Positions 18,256 through 35,900 of a stretch of 64,000 nt of DNA are shown here, in pieces. Within the stretch, counting starts at the first letter, position 1, and the number at the start of each line of letters is the position of its first letter. The notes under the pieces are model-generated. The model was given only the letters and a program-made list of their open reading frames with translations. It had not been told where the DNA came from and searched no databases. Source of the DNA: the human T2T-CHM13v2.0 reference genome, Homo sapiens; the NCBI RefSeq assembly GCF_009914755.1, contig NC_060941.1; one strand, 5' to 3'. A program made the position numbers and the translations under genes.

Positions 18256-19089
18256 CATTATTTTTTTTAATGATGACACTACTCTTGACAACATAATTCA
18301 GAACAAAACTGCTGTTAAAATTGTGTTCTATTGTGTTTGTGGGGATAGAACCTACACTACTCTAACAAGAACCTGCCAAATAAATTGCTTCATCAAGATG
18401 AAAGTCAATTTCATTCTTAAATCTAACCAGCTTGGAAGGCATCGCAGGGTGGTTAGGACAATTTTATAGTGTTGAAGATCCAGAATGCTTGCTCAGTAAT
18501 CTTTGGGGTGTTACCCTTGTCTGCACAAAGATGACCACACCCACAGGGACACCTCCCGCTTATGGTCATAAATCAAAAAGTTGCACATACTGCTTTCACT
18601 AACATTTCCCTGGCCCAAACTTAAACTCAGTCATTTGGTCATGACTACCAGCAAGGAAGAGTGGGGCATGTCTTTACCTGGGCAGTCATGAGCCAACAGA
18701 ATAATTCTATTACTATAGGGAAAAACTGGAGAAGAAATATTGAGAAAACAGATAGTAGTTTCCTTCACAGCTTCTGAATTTAAAGGCTTTAAGGTAAAAT
18801 AATGTCTTACCAAAATGTAAAAAAAAAAAAAAAAAAAAAAAAAAATTAGGGTTGAGTTTAAGAAGCAAGACAGCAAGACAGAGGCTAACAAAACATTATT
18901 TTTTTAAGTTAAGTCCTCATATACCATAATTTTGCCAGGAAAATGAAAGACAATAGAAACAGAATCACATTAAGCTTATGAATGAAAGGACTCCAAGGTT
19001 CAGGATACTAGTCTTATTCCCACTGGGGCACCTGAGAGAAATTTAAGCTGTAGGCTATAAGAGATGAGTCACAGTAGATGGCGTAATAA

Positions 19090-19545
19090 GCAATATTGAG
19101 AAAAAAAATGCAAGCAAAAGAAATAGAGACTTTTTTAGGAGGAAGATTGTAATTTTAAATAGAGTGGTCTTGAAAGGTCTCACTGAGAAGAGGACATGTG
19201 AGTAAATACCTAAAGAAAGTTAAGGAGCATGAACCGTGGATATACAAGAGAAGACTATTTCAGGATAAAAGCAGCAAGTGCAGATGTCTTGGTCTAGGAG
19301 TGTGCCTGACCTTGTTGAGAAACTGCAAGGAGACCTGTGTGGCCAGAGAAGTGAGTGAGGAAAGAATACAACGAGATGACCCCAAATGCCATCAGAGAAT
19401 AGAAGGATCAGGGGTGGGGGAGAGCCAGAGTGTAAATGACCTCCTAGGCCATCCTTGGGACTTTGGCATTTACTCTTTGAGATATGGGCACCCTTAGAAG
19501 CTTTTGAGCAAAAGAGTGACATGACTGAATTTTTATTTTAACAGA
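19090..19545 (-). mobile_element. L2a fragment
   Basis: TTTTAAATAGAGTGGTCTTGAAAGGTCTCACTGAGAAG...GCTTTTGAGCAAAAGAGTGACATG matches antisense L2. Confidence 0.7.
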
Positions 19546-19574
19546 GTAATAATACCACTATTAATAGAGCCTCA

Positions 19575-19780
19575 ATTTATTGAACGTTCTATTCTTGGCA
19601 CTATAACAAGTTCTTTATTTACATCACCTCACTTCATTCTCACAGCACTGCAAAATCATAATTTATACCCCCATTTTACCAGATAAAGAAACTGAGTCTT
19701 GCAATGGTTGAATAAATTAATCAGATTAATAAATGACATTCTTGGGATTTTTGATCTTAAGTATATCTGCCTGCAATGTC
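19575..19780 (-). mobile_element. MIR
   Basis: CCCCATTTTACCAGATAAAGAAACTGAG core. Confidence 0.65.
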
Positions 19781-20433
19781 CTTACTGTTATTTATACTGT
19801 TTTATTTCTATCGGTATTGTGATAGCTCACTTGAAAGGTTTATATGTTATTGTCTCACCATAAAATTGTTTCTCATTATATTCTGTCCACTAATATCCTA
19901 AATAGATGTGATAAAGAGGTATTCTGCTGTGTCATTATGAAGAGTAGTGTTACTTATGATAGCAATTATTGCTCATTAGCATTTGATAAAAACGAGCTCT
20001 GTGCCACTGCACTCCTAATCTAAATGGAGCATCATAAATAATAAACCCTCACAATTAGAGTAGAGCTTCTGAACTCATCTCCTTTTTAATCTCAATAACG
20101 AGGCATTTAAATTTATAATTTATTTCCATAGTTTTATGAGCTTTTCTCAACTCTCTTCTCTCCCTCCCCTCCAAATCTTACTCTTTTTTTTTTTTTTGAA
20201 GCTTCCCTCCACAGAAGTTGACTTTCCTGATTTTCATCTGTCCCCGCTTGTATGGCCCCCACACAAGTCAGGCACAGCAGTCAGTGTACATGGGAGTGCC
20301 AGTCACCAGTGAATATTCAGAGTGATCCTATTCTCTTTACCATCACCACCACTCTCCTAGCTGAAGATCCACCATTAACTTCTGTGGGGCTCAAAACAAG
20401 AGTACCAATGGAGGCCCACATACCTTACATCTA

Positions 20434-21988
20434 TCAGATTGGTGCAAAAGAAATTGCAGTTTTAGACCATGAACTAAGCTCAAACACATCTTTATGAATC
20501 AAAATAAGAACAATTAAAATCAACACACTTTTGCCAATGAGTAATGAATTTGTTTATTTCCATAGTGTGAAAATCTGTGCTTTGGGATTCAAGCAACTCT
20601 TGGAAAGCATTTTCTACATCCTGATGGTTGTGGAAGTGTTTTCCCTGCAAAACGTTGTCGAGATGCTTGAAGAAGTGGTAGTTAGTTGGCGAGAGGTCAG
20701 GTGAACATAGCAGATGAGGCAAAACTCCATCGCCCAATTCATTCAACTTTTGAAGCGTTAGTTGTGTGACGTGCAGTCGGGCGTTGTGGAGAAGAATTGG
20801 GCCATTTCTGTAGACCAATGCCATCTGCAAGCATTGCAGTTTTTGGTGCATCTCATGGATTTGCTGAGCATATTTCTCAGATGTAATGGTTTTGCCAGGA
20901 TTCAGAGAGCTGTAGTGGATCAGACCAGCAGCAGACCACCAAAGAATGACCATGACCTTTTTGGTGCAAGTTTGGCTTTGGGAAGTGTTTTGGAGCTTCT
21001 TCCCAGCTCAACCACTGAGCTGGTCATTGCTGGTTGTCATAAAAAATCCACTTTTCATTTCATATCACAATCCAATCAAGAAATGGTTCATTGTTGCATA
21101 GAATAAGAAAATACAATACTTCAAAATGGCAATTTTTAAAAATTTTCACTCAGCTCAAAAGGCACCCATTTATTAAGCTTTTTCACCTCTCCAATTTGCT
21201 TCAAACGCCAAATGACCATAGAATGGTTGATGTTGAGTTCTTTGGCAACTTCTCATGTAGTTGTAAGAGGGTCAGCTTATATGATTGCTCTCAATTGTTT
21301 GTTGTCAACTTCCGATGGCTGGCCACTATGCTGCTCATCTTCAAGGCTCTTGTCTCCTTTACAAAACTTTTTGAACCACCACTGCACTGTACGTTCATTA
21401 GCAGTTCCTGGGCCAAATGCATTGTTGATGTTGCAAAGTTGTCTCTGCTGCTTTACGACCCATTTTGAACTCGAAAAAGAAAATTGCGGCTGGGCATGGT
21501 GGCTCACGCCTGTAATCCCAGCACTTTGGGAGGCCGAGGCGGGTGGATCACGAGGTCAGGAGATCAAGACCATCCTGGCCAACATGGTGAAACCCCGTCT
21601 CTATTAAAAATACAAAAATTAGCTGGTCGTGGTGGCACACACCTGTAATCCCAGCTACTCGGGAGGCTGAGGCAGAAGAATTTCTACAACCAGGGAATCA
21701 GGGATTGCAGTGAGCCAAGATTGAGTCACTGCACTCCAGCTTGGCAACAGAGCTAGACTCCATCTCAAAAAAAAAAAAAAAAATTGCTCGAATTTGCTTT
21801 TTGTCCAACATCATTTCAATAGTCTAAAATAAACATAAACAGCAAGTAGTGTCGTTAGCAAAAAACCATAAATCAAGAAATGCCAATTAAAATGATGGGC
21901 ATAACTACATTTATTTAAGAATGTATTTCAATATCAAACAGCAAACACCAACAATGCAAAAACTGCAATTACTTTTGCACCAACAAAT
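20434..21988 (-). mobile_element. Near full-length Hsmar1 mariner transposon (inactive), interrupted by an Alu
   Basis: Both TIRs present (TCAGATTGGTGCAAAAGAAATTGCAG and CTGCAATTACTTTTGCACCAAC). Transposase fragments NINNAFGPGTANERTVQWWFKKFCKGD and WWSAAGLIHY...SPDLSPTNYHFFKHLDN...SYFD. Frameshifts; start codon degraded near 21820. Confidence 0.95.
21488..21780 (+). mobile_element. AluSc-like element inside the Hsmar1 transposase ORF
   Basis: GGATCACGAGGTCAGGAGATCAAGACCATCCTGGCCAAC. TSD AAAAA(G/A)AAAATTGC. Confidence 0.95.
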
Positions 21989-22389
21989 GTTACAGATCAT
22001 GCAAACAAATTGTTAAGTAAAATATATTAAATATGTCCACCTTAACGATTGTAAGAATTTACCTTCAGTCCTTTAAAATTTTTTTCTGGGCCCATCTTTT
22101 GTTTGCATTTGAGTGTTTTATTTATTTTAATCTTGATCTCAGACTATATACCTTCTCAGTGTAAAATAAGAAATTAAAAAAATAAAATGGAATTATATTC
22201 AAAGCATACGTATTTTATTATATATTTTATTAAAATATGACTTAAGGGCCACAAAAATGCCCTAATAATGGAATAGTATGGAGAAATGAGGATCCACTAT
22301 GTTATAGAGATTTTAAAAATAAGTAAATGCACCAATAAATAAAATGTAAGTTAAAATAAATGAAGAAAATCCTAAGGTATTTTCATAAA

Positions 22390-22695
22390 TTTTATTTTCT
22401 TTTCTTTTTTTTTGAGATGGAGTCTTGCTCTGTCACCCAGGCTGCAGTGCAGTGGCTGGATCTCAGCCCACTGCAACCTCTGCTTCCCGGGTTCACGCCG
22501 TTCTCCTGCCTCAGCCTCCTGAGTAGCTAGGACTACAGGCGCCCGCCACCACACCTGACTAATTTTTTTGTATTTTTAGTAGAGACGGGATTTCACCATG
22601 TTAGCCAGGATGGTCTCGATCTCCTGACTTCGTGATCCGCCCGCCTCAGCCTCCCAAAGTGCTGGCATTACAGGCATGAGCCACTGCACCCAGCC
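22390..22695 (-). mobile_element. AluY
   Basis: Diagnostic GGGTTCACGCC, ACTACAGGCGCCCGCC and TTAGCCAGGATGGTCTCGATC. Confidence 0.93.
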
Positions 22696-22971
22696 CACAA
22701 TTTCTCATATAGACCTTCTACAAAGTTATTTTATCTAAATATTCAAATGTATTAAAATTAAAAAACAAAATACAAATTATAACATGAGAGATACATATTT
22801 TATATCTTAATTCTATTATAACACAAACTACCAATAGATACCAGTGTCTTAAATTATGTTAATTAAACTAAAATTTTAGTTGATTAATTTATCAACTCAT
22901 TAAATAGTCTAGAAAACTAAAGCCATTGACAATTGTAGCCCTCAATGTCCATCTGGTTGTGAATATAAATA

Positions 22972-23630
22972 TAGTCAATCCTCATTATTTGAGGATTCCG
23001 TGTTTGCAAATTCTCCTACTTGCTAAAATCTATCTGTTGCCCTGAAATCAACACTGCTTTTGCAGTCATTCCCAGACTTGCCTATATATAAAAACGCGAG
23101 CTTCCTAAGGTGCAAGTTCCCAACTGAGCTCAAACAAGTCGAAGCTCTGCCTTCTTGTTAAAGCCTTCATATGTAAATAAGAATCCTTTTGGTGATCTAT
23201 GTAGTATCACATTTTTTGCATTTTGTACTTTTAGTTGGTGATTTTTTGCTATTTAAAATGGCCCACTCCCAAACGTAATGTTGAGTGCTCTCTAGTGTGC
23301 CCAAGCACAAGAAGGCTGAGATGGTCCTTCTTAGCTTCTATCAGGACAAAATGCATGTATCAGATTTGCTTTGTTCAGGCACGAGTTACAGTGCATTTAG
23401 CCATAAGTTGAATGTTAATGAACTGAGAATATACATTAAGTAAGGTGTGTTTAAACAAAATCACATAAAACAAGGTATGTATTGATTAGTTGATGAAAAT
23501 GCTGTGACCAGAGGCTCTTGAGGACCTTACCTCAGATTTACGTAGGACCCATTATTCAGCATTTGCTTGTTCAGTGCTGAAGGCAACTTTATGGAACAGA
23601 AATACTGTAGATAATAATAATTAAATACAA
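22972..23630. mobile_element. MER82-like Tigger-family DNA transposon
   Basis: (T)AGTCAATCCTCATTATTTGAGGATTCCGTGTTTGCAAATT terminus plus internal GCACAAGAAGGCTG and GTGACCAGAGGCTC motifs. Confidence 0.7.
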
Positions 23631-25827
23631 TCAGTATCACATGTTACACATTATGTCTATACCTGCCTATATACAAATTTAAAAGTAATTTGAAATATGT
23701 GATACTGCAAAATGTGCCTCAGTCAGCCACTATGTGAAACTGTTGCTAATACTACATTTAGTTTTATATATTTCTGGAGCCATGAATCAAAGCATGAAAA
23801 GAAGTGTAAAAGTAGACATGCAATGTGAGAGGAAGAATTTGAAAAGTAACTTGTCTTTTTTCTTACATAAGCATTTCTGCTCAGATCCTCTTCAAACTCA
23901 AAAGAGATCCCATCTCTGGCAATAGTAGTGGCCTGGATTGAAAATCTTTACAGTATTCCAAAACTATCACCTTTGCTTTTGATGACACAAGGCAAGAGAT
24001 AAATACATGTTTTCCTGAGGTCTGGAAGGGTATTTATCATAAGAACTAACAGTAACATTTACAAGTCCTTTTCTGTCAACAGTAGAATCTAAATTTAAGT
24101 GATAAAGATGTCCAGATCTTTAATACATTTCTTTAGAGACAGGCAGTGGCTTTCTAAACTGTGGCACCCGGAAAAAGAACCCCTCTTGTCCTAAAGGTGA
24201 AAATACCTACAGGACTATTCTAACTTCATATACTTGCCCACACAACAGGGCACTAAGTGACTTCCAGAATCATAGACTCTGTTAGGTCTCTCTCCCCATT
24301 CCTGAGTATCAGGCATGCGTTGTGTCTTACATAAAATGTAAACTCTTTAGCACTTAAAAGACTTAATGAAATAGGTTCCAACCCCTTTTTCAATCACATT
24401 TTACAAAACTCCCATAATGTCTACTCCCAATCCTTAATGTATGCCTTGAATTTCCTTACCTTCTTGGTTTGATTTTGCTCTCCAGGTTTGCCAGCCCAGA
24501 ATCTTTGTCCACTCTTTTTCCCAATGTCCAATCCTATCCCTTCTGAAGGCCCATCGAGAATATTGTTTCAGGACAACTTTTCCATTTTCTATCAGCTATA
24601 AGGAGTCATTCCTGCCTCAAAAATCCCATGCCAATACTTCAACACTTTCTTTATAGCCATGAACAGTGTCTACATAGTTAATTGTGCATTTTTTTTTTGC
24701 ACGATGTAAATTCCTTTAAGACAGAGTCCTGTCTGGTTTATTCCCATAGCCCCACAGCACAGTACTTTTTCAGTTAATGTTTGTTGATAGAAAAAGAAAT
24801 GACAAAAGTAATGAGAGAATGACTTTCAGTTGTTGTTTAAATGAACAGACTTCTGCCTGGCTCTGACATCATTTTATATTGGAAATATGTAAATGGCAGA
24901 GGATTTTCTATTATCAGATCCCGCTCAGAGTACTTTGCAGCATCTTGAGCTGGTGTGCCCATTCTTGTTCCATCCCATCTTCAACATGTGGGTAAAATGC
25001 CTGACTTCATAACTGTTTTAGAAGGCACTTTGACAGCTATCAGAGGCCAGTAAGCATTTCACATGTTGACCAAATATTTTCACATCGGAAAATCTATCTT
25101 AAGGTAATCCAGTATAAACAAAAAGCCTTCTATAAGGCATAAATATTTAACATTATGTCTAACAGACTGCATGTCTAAAATTAAGGGCAGAATTAGGAAA
25201 ATGGTAATAATTCTACATGACAGAAATAAATGTGGATTTACTACGGATGAGAGTAAACTGAAAAGCTTAATAAAAGTACAGAAAACTATCTGCAAAATAA
25301 TGTTAAATGACAAAAAAAGATATTTATTTTTAAAAGTATGATTATGGCAATGTAAATTCCATTGATAAAAGAAAGTGTGAAAGGATATATACAGTGGTTT
25401 TATTAGTTGAAAGAGGAGGGAATTTTTTTCCTTTCTTATTTTTTGAATTTTGAGAAGCTTTATATAAAATTAAATGAACTTACTGTGACTCAAAAAATTT
25501 TCTATGACTAACAATATGGATGAAGTTAGCACTGAAGAACTGCTCTGCACATTCTTATGAAATAAAATAGTAAACGATATTTTGTGCTTATTTTGGATTT
25601 ATAATGTAACTTATAACAATGGTCATGGAAGGGTCTAATAAAAGATTACACAAAATGTGACAATTAGAAATCAAAACCAAAGTAGAAGTATCTTAAAAGT
25701 TGCTAAAAAGTTAACGCCTCAATACCCTTGAAATAAATTTTATTTTTAATAATCCAACTTGAAATCAAGTCAAACCTGGGTTAGAAAAGTAAATATGCCC
25801 AGTTACATAGATTTTCTTACCACTGTT

Positions 25828-29390
<3,563 letters not shown>

Positions 29391-29835
29391 TTCATACATG
29401 TTTAAGGTGTACAGCATGATGTTTTAATATACATATGCCTTGTGAAATGATTACTATGGTCAAGCAAATTAACATATCCATCTCCTCATATTGTTACCTT
29501 TTATTTTTTCTGTAAGTTGTGTATGTGATAAGAGCCCCTGAAATCTACTCTTGGCAGATGTCCATTATGCAATGCAATAGTATTAACTAGTCGTCATGCT
29601 GTACATTGGATCTCTGGAGACTTATTCATTCTATATCCTACATCACTACAACTTTGTACTCTTTGACCAACATCTCCCCATGCCCATCTCACCCCTGGTA
29701 ACCATAATTCTAGCCTCTGTTTCTATGTATTTGAATTTTTTAGACTTTCTATATAAGTAAATGTATGCAATATTTTTATTTCTGTGTCTGGCTTATTTCA
29801 CTTAGCATAATACCCTGGTTCATCCATGCTATCTT
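29391..29835 (-). mobile_element. L1MA (MA8/9-like) 3' end
   Basis: TTTAAGGTGTACAGCATGATGTTTT...TGTGAAATGATTAC...TTATTTCACTTAGCATAAT. Confidence 0.7.
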
Positions 29836-31559
29836 TTTTACACTGAATATCTCACAATTTTCTTCTGTTCATTCATCCATTAGTAGAGCCACCAGCATCT
29901 TTTAGTTTCTATTTGCATAGAATATCTTTTTCCATCTTTTCACTTTCAAACTGTTCGTGTCCTTCAATCTAAAGTAAGTTTCCTGTGGAAAGCATATAGT
30001 TGTATTCTTATATTTATTTTGAAACGTAACTATACCTATCTATTTTTATATAAAGGACAAACAGATCTTTTGGAAATTGGAGTCGACTCACTGTGTAACC
30101 ACAGGGTATAAAAATAAGACTAGTGTAGAAAAGCTACGAACCACTGGCTTTAAATTCTCACTGCCAGATCAGCAGTGTAGAAAGGATTGAGGGGCACACA
30201 TCAATCTCAATATTTGAAAAAATTTTCTAATGTTCTGTTTTATCTAGCAAAGAGTAGGTAGGCGTGTGATGTGTTAAAGCAGATGTTGGATATACATGAA
30301 CACCTATCACACACACAAATTTGGATTGTGTGAAAAAATATACTAGAAGAACTCTTAGTTTTCTTATATTTAATTAAAGATGGCAGAATATGGATTGTAG
30401 ATAAAGATAGAAGGATAAAGCATAATAATTCTATTTAAAAATAAATAAAAATAGTTAAACAACTCAGCAAAGTTATTTACTAGTAGCTGTGAAACAAGAA
30501 AAGGAATTCAGCCTTATGCCATTAATTTAGGAAAGTGATAACCAAAGAAAGAAACAGGAGATTCTAATCAAGTTTCCTAATGCTTTTCCCACAGTCCAAA
30601 TCTGAGACAAAAAAAAAAAAAAAAAAAAACAAACAAAAACCAACTGTGAGAATACAAACTACTGGCCATCAATTTCAAAGTAATACAAGAAATAGGAAAA
30701 ATAAATGCCCACCATCTTTCTAGAAACCACTTTGAAGTGATAAACTATCAGAAGCCCAACTATCCCTGCCTCCTGAAGTAAAGTAAAGCTACAACTGCAG
30801 AGTGACAAAGACTGAACTGAGGTATAGAATGTTTCACAAAATATCAGGGTCCACCTCTGGTTCTTTCTTCCCCTTAACAACATTGCCTCCCATGACACAC
30901 TGAAGTTACAAGAAAGTGAATAGAAAGCAATACTCAATCTTACAACTGTATATCTGAGGGGAATATAAATTAATCTGAAACAAAGTGGAAAAAATTTCAA
31001 AGAGTTTCCACTAACAAAACTTCAAAGCAAAGAAATGATCTGAACAAAGTTGATCATATTAAAGAGAAACAGAGTGGCTTCTGCTGCCAGAGTCACAAAA
31101 TAACTAGAATGTGCCCAGAAAATAAAGCTCCTTTATTGTTTATAACTAAGCTGTTCATTCTCATAACTCCCATGCACTAAATAGCTTGCGTTGGAGTGGG
31201 GAAGGTAGTAAGTATCTAATAGAATTTAATGCTTCATCAGATCCAAAATTGTAATAGTCCATATCAGGTAGTATTCAGTCTTTGAGATATAAATCTCTCC
31301 AGTGGCCTCCCCATTCCCATCTTCCGATGAAGAAAGAAGAAGGATGTGATTTTTTGACTGTATGGCACTAAGGGAGAGTCGGCATACTCAGGCCTGATAT
31401 CTTCTATATTTTCTGGTTTAGAGTCAGTTTCTCTTATTCACCTTGATATTGCTTGCCCGGATGATGCTGGCAGCTTCATGAAGTCTACAGTTGTTGTAAC
31501 CTACAACTTAGTATTTTTAGACTTTATTAAGACCTACTAGAATTGAATTACTAATTTGG

Positions 31560-32520
31560 TAGTTATTTTAATGGCTTTACTTGTTAATTTCATTAACCAT
31601 GTCATTTCTGGATCCGTTTCCGTTGGTGGATTTTTCTTTTGGTTATGGGTTATACTTTTTTATTTCTTTTAATGCTGATAACTTTTGGTTGAATGTAGAT
31701 ATTGTGAATTTTACATTTTGGGTCCTGAATTAAAAAAAATATATATATGTATAACATATATGTATAAATGTATACATATTTGTGTGTGTATATATATATG
31801 TGTGTGTGTGTTTGTGCGCGCATGCCCTTTTCCTTTCTGGAATGCAATTATTTCCAATCTGCTGGATCATTTGGAGGATTGTTTTCAGCTCTGTTAGAAC
31901 AGCTCCAGAGTAGTTCTTAGTCCGTGGCTAATTTAACCCTATTACTAAGCAATATCCTTATGAGAACTCTGTCTGACGTTCCATATATTAGGATTAGGAG
32001 TTCTTTCCACTGTGGATGATGAGAATAGGGACTATTCCTATTTTTGCATGAGCTCTGGGACTGTTCCACTCACAAGTGTACATTGGTATTCAAACAAAGC
32101 CTCAAGGGGAACCCTCCATGGATCTCCAATTCTCTCTCTCTCTCTTTCTCTCTCTCTTCTCTCTCTTTCCCTCTGGGGATCTTAGCACTTTTTATCTGGT
32201 TATTTCACCTACAAACTTTGTTTCTTTGGCCTCCTCCAACTCCAAACTTTGTTTTCTTAGTCCAGCAAGGCCACCAAGCTATAAAGTCTTCCCGCTCTCT
32301 GTACTGTGTCCAGAAAACTCCAGGCAGTAGGTTAGGGCAATCACAGATCCTACCTTCTTTATGTCCTTCCTCTCAGGGACCCATCTCTTAAAATGTCTGT
32401 TGTTCTATGTCTGAAGACAATTGTTTCATATATTTGCCTAGTTTTCTAATTGTTGAACAGAAAGAGTAAGTTTATTTCCTTACTCCTTAATAGCTAGAAG
32501 AGAAATTTAAGCCTTATTTC
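31560..32520 (-). mobile_element. Ancient HAL1/L1M-type fragment
   Basis: GATATTGTGAATTTTACATTTTGGGT and related motifs recalled from HAL1/L1ME 5' regions; highly diverged. Confidence 0.45.
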
Positions 32521-32917
32521 TAATTATGGAATAAAACTGGATTTCCTCTAGAAAATAAATTTCAGGAGCCCATGGGCAGATGAGAAAAGTAATATTTGAT
32601 TTTTGGTTGTTCTTTTACCCCAATTTTTATAGATTGTTAGTTATATAGGGTTTCATATAAATATCAGCCTAGTTTGTCTTCCAGCAGGGCCATCCTTCTG
32701 TTCTGTTCCTTACAGTTACTGAAACATTGTGTATGGATTACTGACCATCCTAGTTCGTGGTCTTCTGTAACTGAGATGACTCATTATTGTGCTATTGAAC
32801 AAGAGAGATCTGAATGCTATAATTTGGTTCTAATTTTCATCATGTTTGTTAATTGATCTGCTTCAGAAGTGCAAAATAGAATCACTTGGTCAACATTTTT
32901 TTTTAAAAAAGACATGC

Positions 32918-35900
32918 AGATAGGAAGGGCCAAGATGGCTGAATAGGAACAGCTCCTATTCAGGAGCTAATAGGTCTGCAGCTCCTAGAGAGACCAACGC
33001 AGAAGGTGAATGATTTCTGCATTTCTAACTGAGGTACCCAGTTCACCTCACCGGGATTGTTTAGGAAGTGGGTCCAACCCACAGAGGGCGAGCAGAAGCA
33101 GGGTGGGGCTTGGCTTCACCTGGGAACTGCAAGAAGCCAGGGGACCTCCCTCCCCCAGGCAAGGGAAGCCATGAAGGACTGTGCTACCCGGCTGGGTTAC
33201 TATGCGTTTCCCACAGTTTTTGCAATCTGCAGATCAGGAGATTCTCTCGTGTGCCTACACCACTGGGGTTCTGGGTTTCAAGCACAAAACTGGGTGGCTG
33301 TTTGGGCAGACACTGAGCTAGCTGCAAGAGTTTTTTTCATACCCCAGTGGCACTTGCAACCCCAGTGAGACAGAACCATTCACTCTCTTGGAAAGGGAGC
33401 TAAAGCCAGAGAGCTAAGTGGTCTCACTCAGCAGTTCCCACTGCCACGGGGCCCATGAAGCTTGAAATTCTCGCTGACAGCTCAGCAGTCTGAAATCCAC
33501 CGGGGATGATCGAGCTTGGTGGGGGAAGGGACATTCGCCATTATTGAGGCTTTGGTAGGCGGTTTTCCCCTGACAGTGCTAAGGAGGATGGAAGGTTTGG
33601 ACTGGGCAGAATTCACCACAGCACAGCAAAGCAAAGTGGCTGTGGTCAGACTGCTTTTCTAGATTCCTCCTCACTGGGCAGGGCATCTCTGAAAGAAAGC
33701 TAACAGCCCCAGTCAGAGGTTTACAGATAAACTTCCATCTCCCTGGGACAGGGCACCTGGGGAAAGGGGCAGCTGTTCACACAGCTTCAGTGAATGTAAT
33801 CGTTCCTGCCTGCCAGCTCTGAACAGAGCAGCTGATCCTGGCAAGATGGATTCTCCCAGCACTGAGCACCAGCTCTGCCAAGAAACAGACTGCCTCCTCA
33901 AGTGGGTCCCTGAGCCCCGTGCCTCCTGACTGGGATAGACTTCCCAACAGGGGTTGACAGACACCTCATAGAGGAGAGCTCCGGCTGGCAACTGGCCGGT
34001 GCCCCTCTGGGATGAAGCTTCCAGAGGAAGGAGCAGGCAGCAATCTTTGCTATTCTATAGCCTCCACAGGTGATACCCTGGTGAACAGGGTCTAGAGTGG
34101 ACCTCCAGCAAACTGCAGCAGACCTGCAGAAGAGGGACCTGACTGTTAGAAGAAAAACTAGCAAACAGAAAGCAACAACATCAACATCAACATAAAGAAC
34201 CCCCACACTAAAACCCCATCCAAAAGTCACCAGTCACAAAGATCATAGGTAGATAAATCTATGAAGATGAGAAAGAAACAGTGCAAAAATGCTGAAAATT
34301 CCAAAAAACCCCAGAATGCTTCTTCTCCTCCATATGATCGCAACTCCTCTCCAACAAGGACACAAAACTGGATGGAGAATGAGATTGACCAATTGACAGA
34401 AGTAAGATTCAGAAGGTGGCTAATAACAAACTCTGAGCTAAAGGAGCATGTTCTAACCCAACGCAAGGAAGCTAAGAACCTTGATAAAATGTTACAGGAA
34501 CTGCTAACTGGAATAACCCCTTTAAAGAGGAATGCAAATGACCTGAGGGAGCTGAAAAACATAGCACGAGAACTTTGTAAAGCATAAACAAGTATCAATA
34601 GCCTAATCGATCAAGCAGAAGAAAGGTTATCAGAGATTGAAGATCAACTTACTGAAATAAGGCGTGAAAACAAGGTTAGAGAAAAAAGAATGACAAGGAA
34701 CGAACAAAGCCTCCAAGAAATATGGGACTCTGTGAAAAGACCAAACCTATGATTGATTGGTGTACCTGAAAGTGACGGGGAGAATGGAACCAAGTTGGAA
34801 AACACACTTCAGGATATTATCCAGGAGAACTTCCCCAACCTAGCAAGACAGGCCAACATTCAAATTCAGGAAATACAGAGAACACCACTAAGATACTCCT
34901 CGAGAACTGCAATCCTAAGACACATAATTATTAGATTCTCCAAGGTTGAAATGAAGGAAAGAATATTAAGGGCAGCAAGAGAGAAAGGTCAGGTCACCTA
35001 CAAAGGGAAGCCCATCAGACTAACAGCAGATCTCTCCGCAGAAACCCTACAAGTCAGAAGAGAGTGGGGGGGCCAATATTCAATATTCTTAAAGAAAAGA
35101 ATTTTCAACCCAGAATTTCATATGCAGCCAAATTAAGCTTCATAAATGAAGGAGAAATAAAAACCTTTACAGACAAGCAAATGCTGTGAGATTTTGTCAC
35201 CACCAGGCCTGCCTTACAAGAGCTCCTGAAGGAAACACTAACAAGGGAAAGGAAAAACTTGTATCAGCCACTGCAAAAACACACCAAGATATAAAGACCT
35301 ATAACACTATAAAGAAATTACATCAACTAATGTGCAAAATAACCAGCTAGCATCACCATGATGAGATCAAATGCACACATCACAATATTAACGTTAAATT
35401 TAAATAGGCTAAATGCCCCAATTAAAAGAAATGGGCTGGCATATTGGATATAGGGTCAAGACATATTGGTGTGCTGTATTCGGGAGACCCATCTCATGTG
35501 CAAAGACACACATAGGCTCAAAATAAAGGGATAGAGGAATATTTACCAAGCAAACGGAAAGCCAAAAAAAAAAAAAAAAAAAGCAGGGCCTTTTGGTTTC
35601 ATATGGAACCAAAAAAGAGCCTGCATTGCCAAGACAATCCTAAGCCAAAAGAACAAAGCTGGAGGCATCACGCTACCTGACTTCAAACTCAACTACAAGG
35701 CTACAGTAACCAAAAAAGCATGGTACTGGTACCAAAACAGATATATAGACCAATGGAACAGAACAGAGCCCTCAGAAATAATACCACACATCTACAACCA
35801 TCTGATCTTTGACAAACCTGACAAAAACAAGAAATGGGGAAAGGATCCCCTATTTAATAAATGGTGCTGGGAAAACTGGCTAGCCATATGTAGAAAGCTG

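Noticed and set aside
20492-21507. SETMAR or a new domesticated transposase gene
   Set aside because: No SET-domain exons. Both TIRs are retained, the ORF has frameshifts and an Alu insertion, and catalytic residues are lost.
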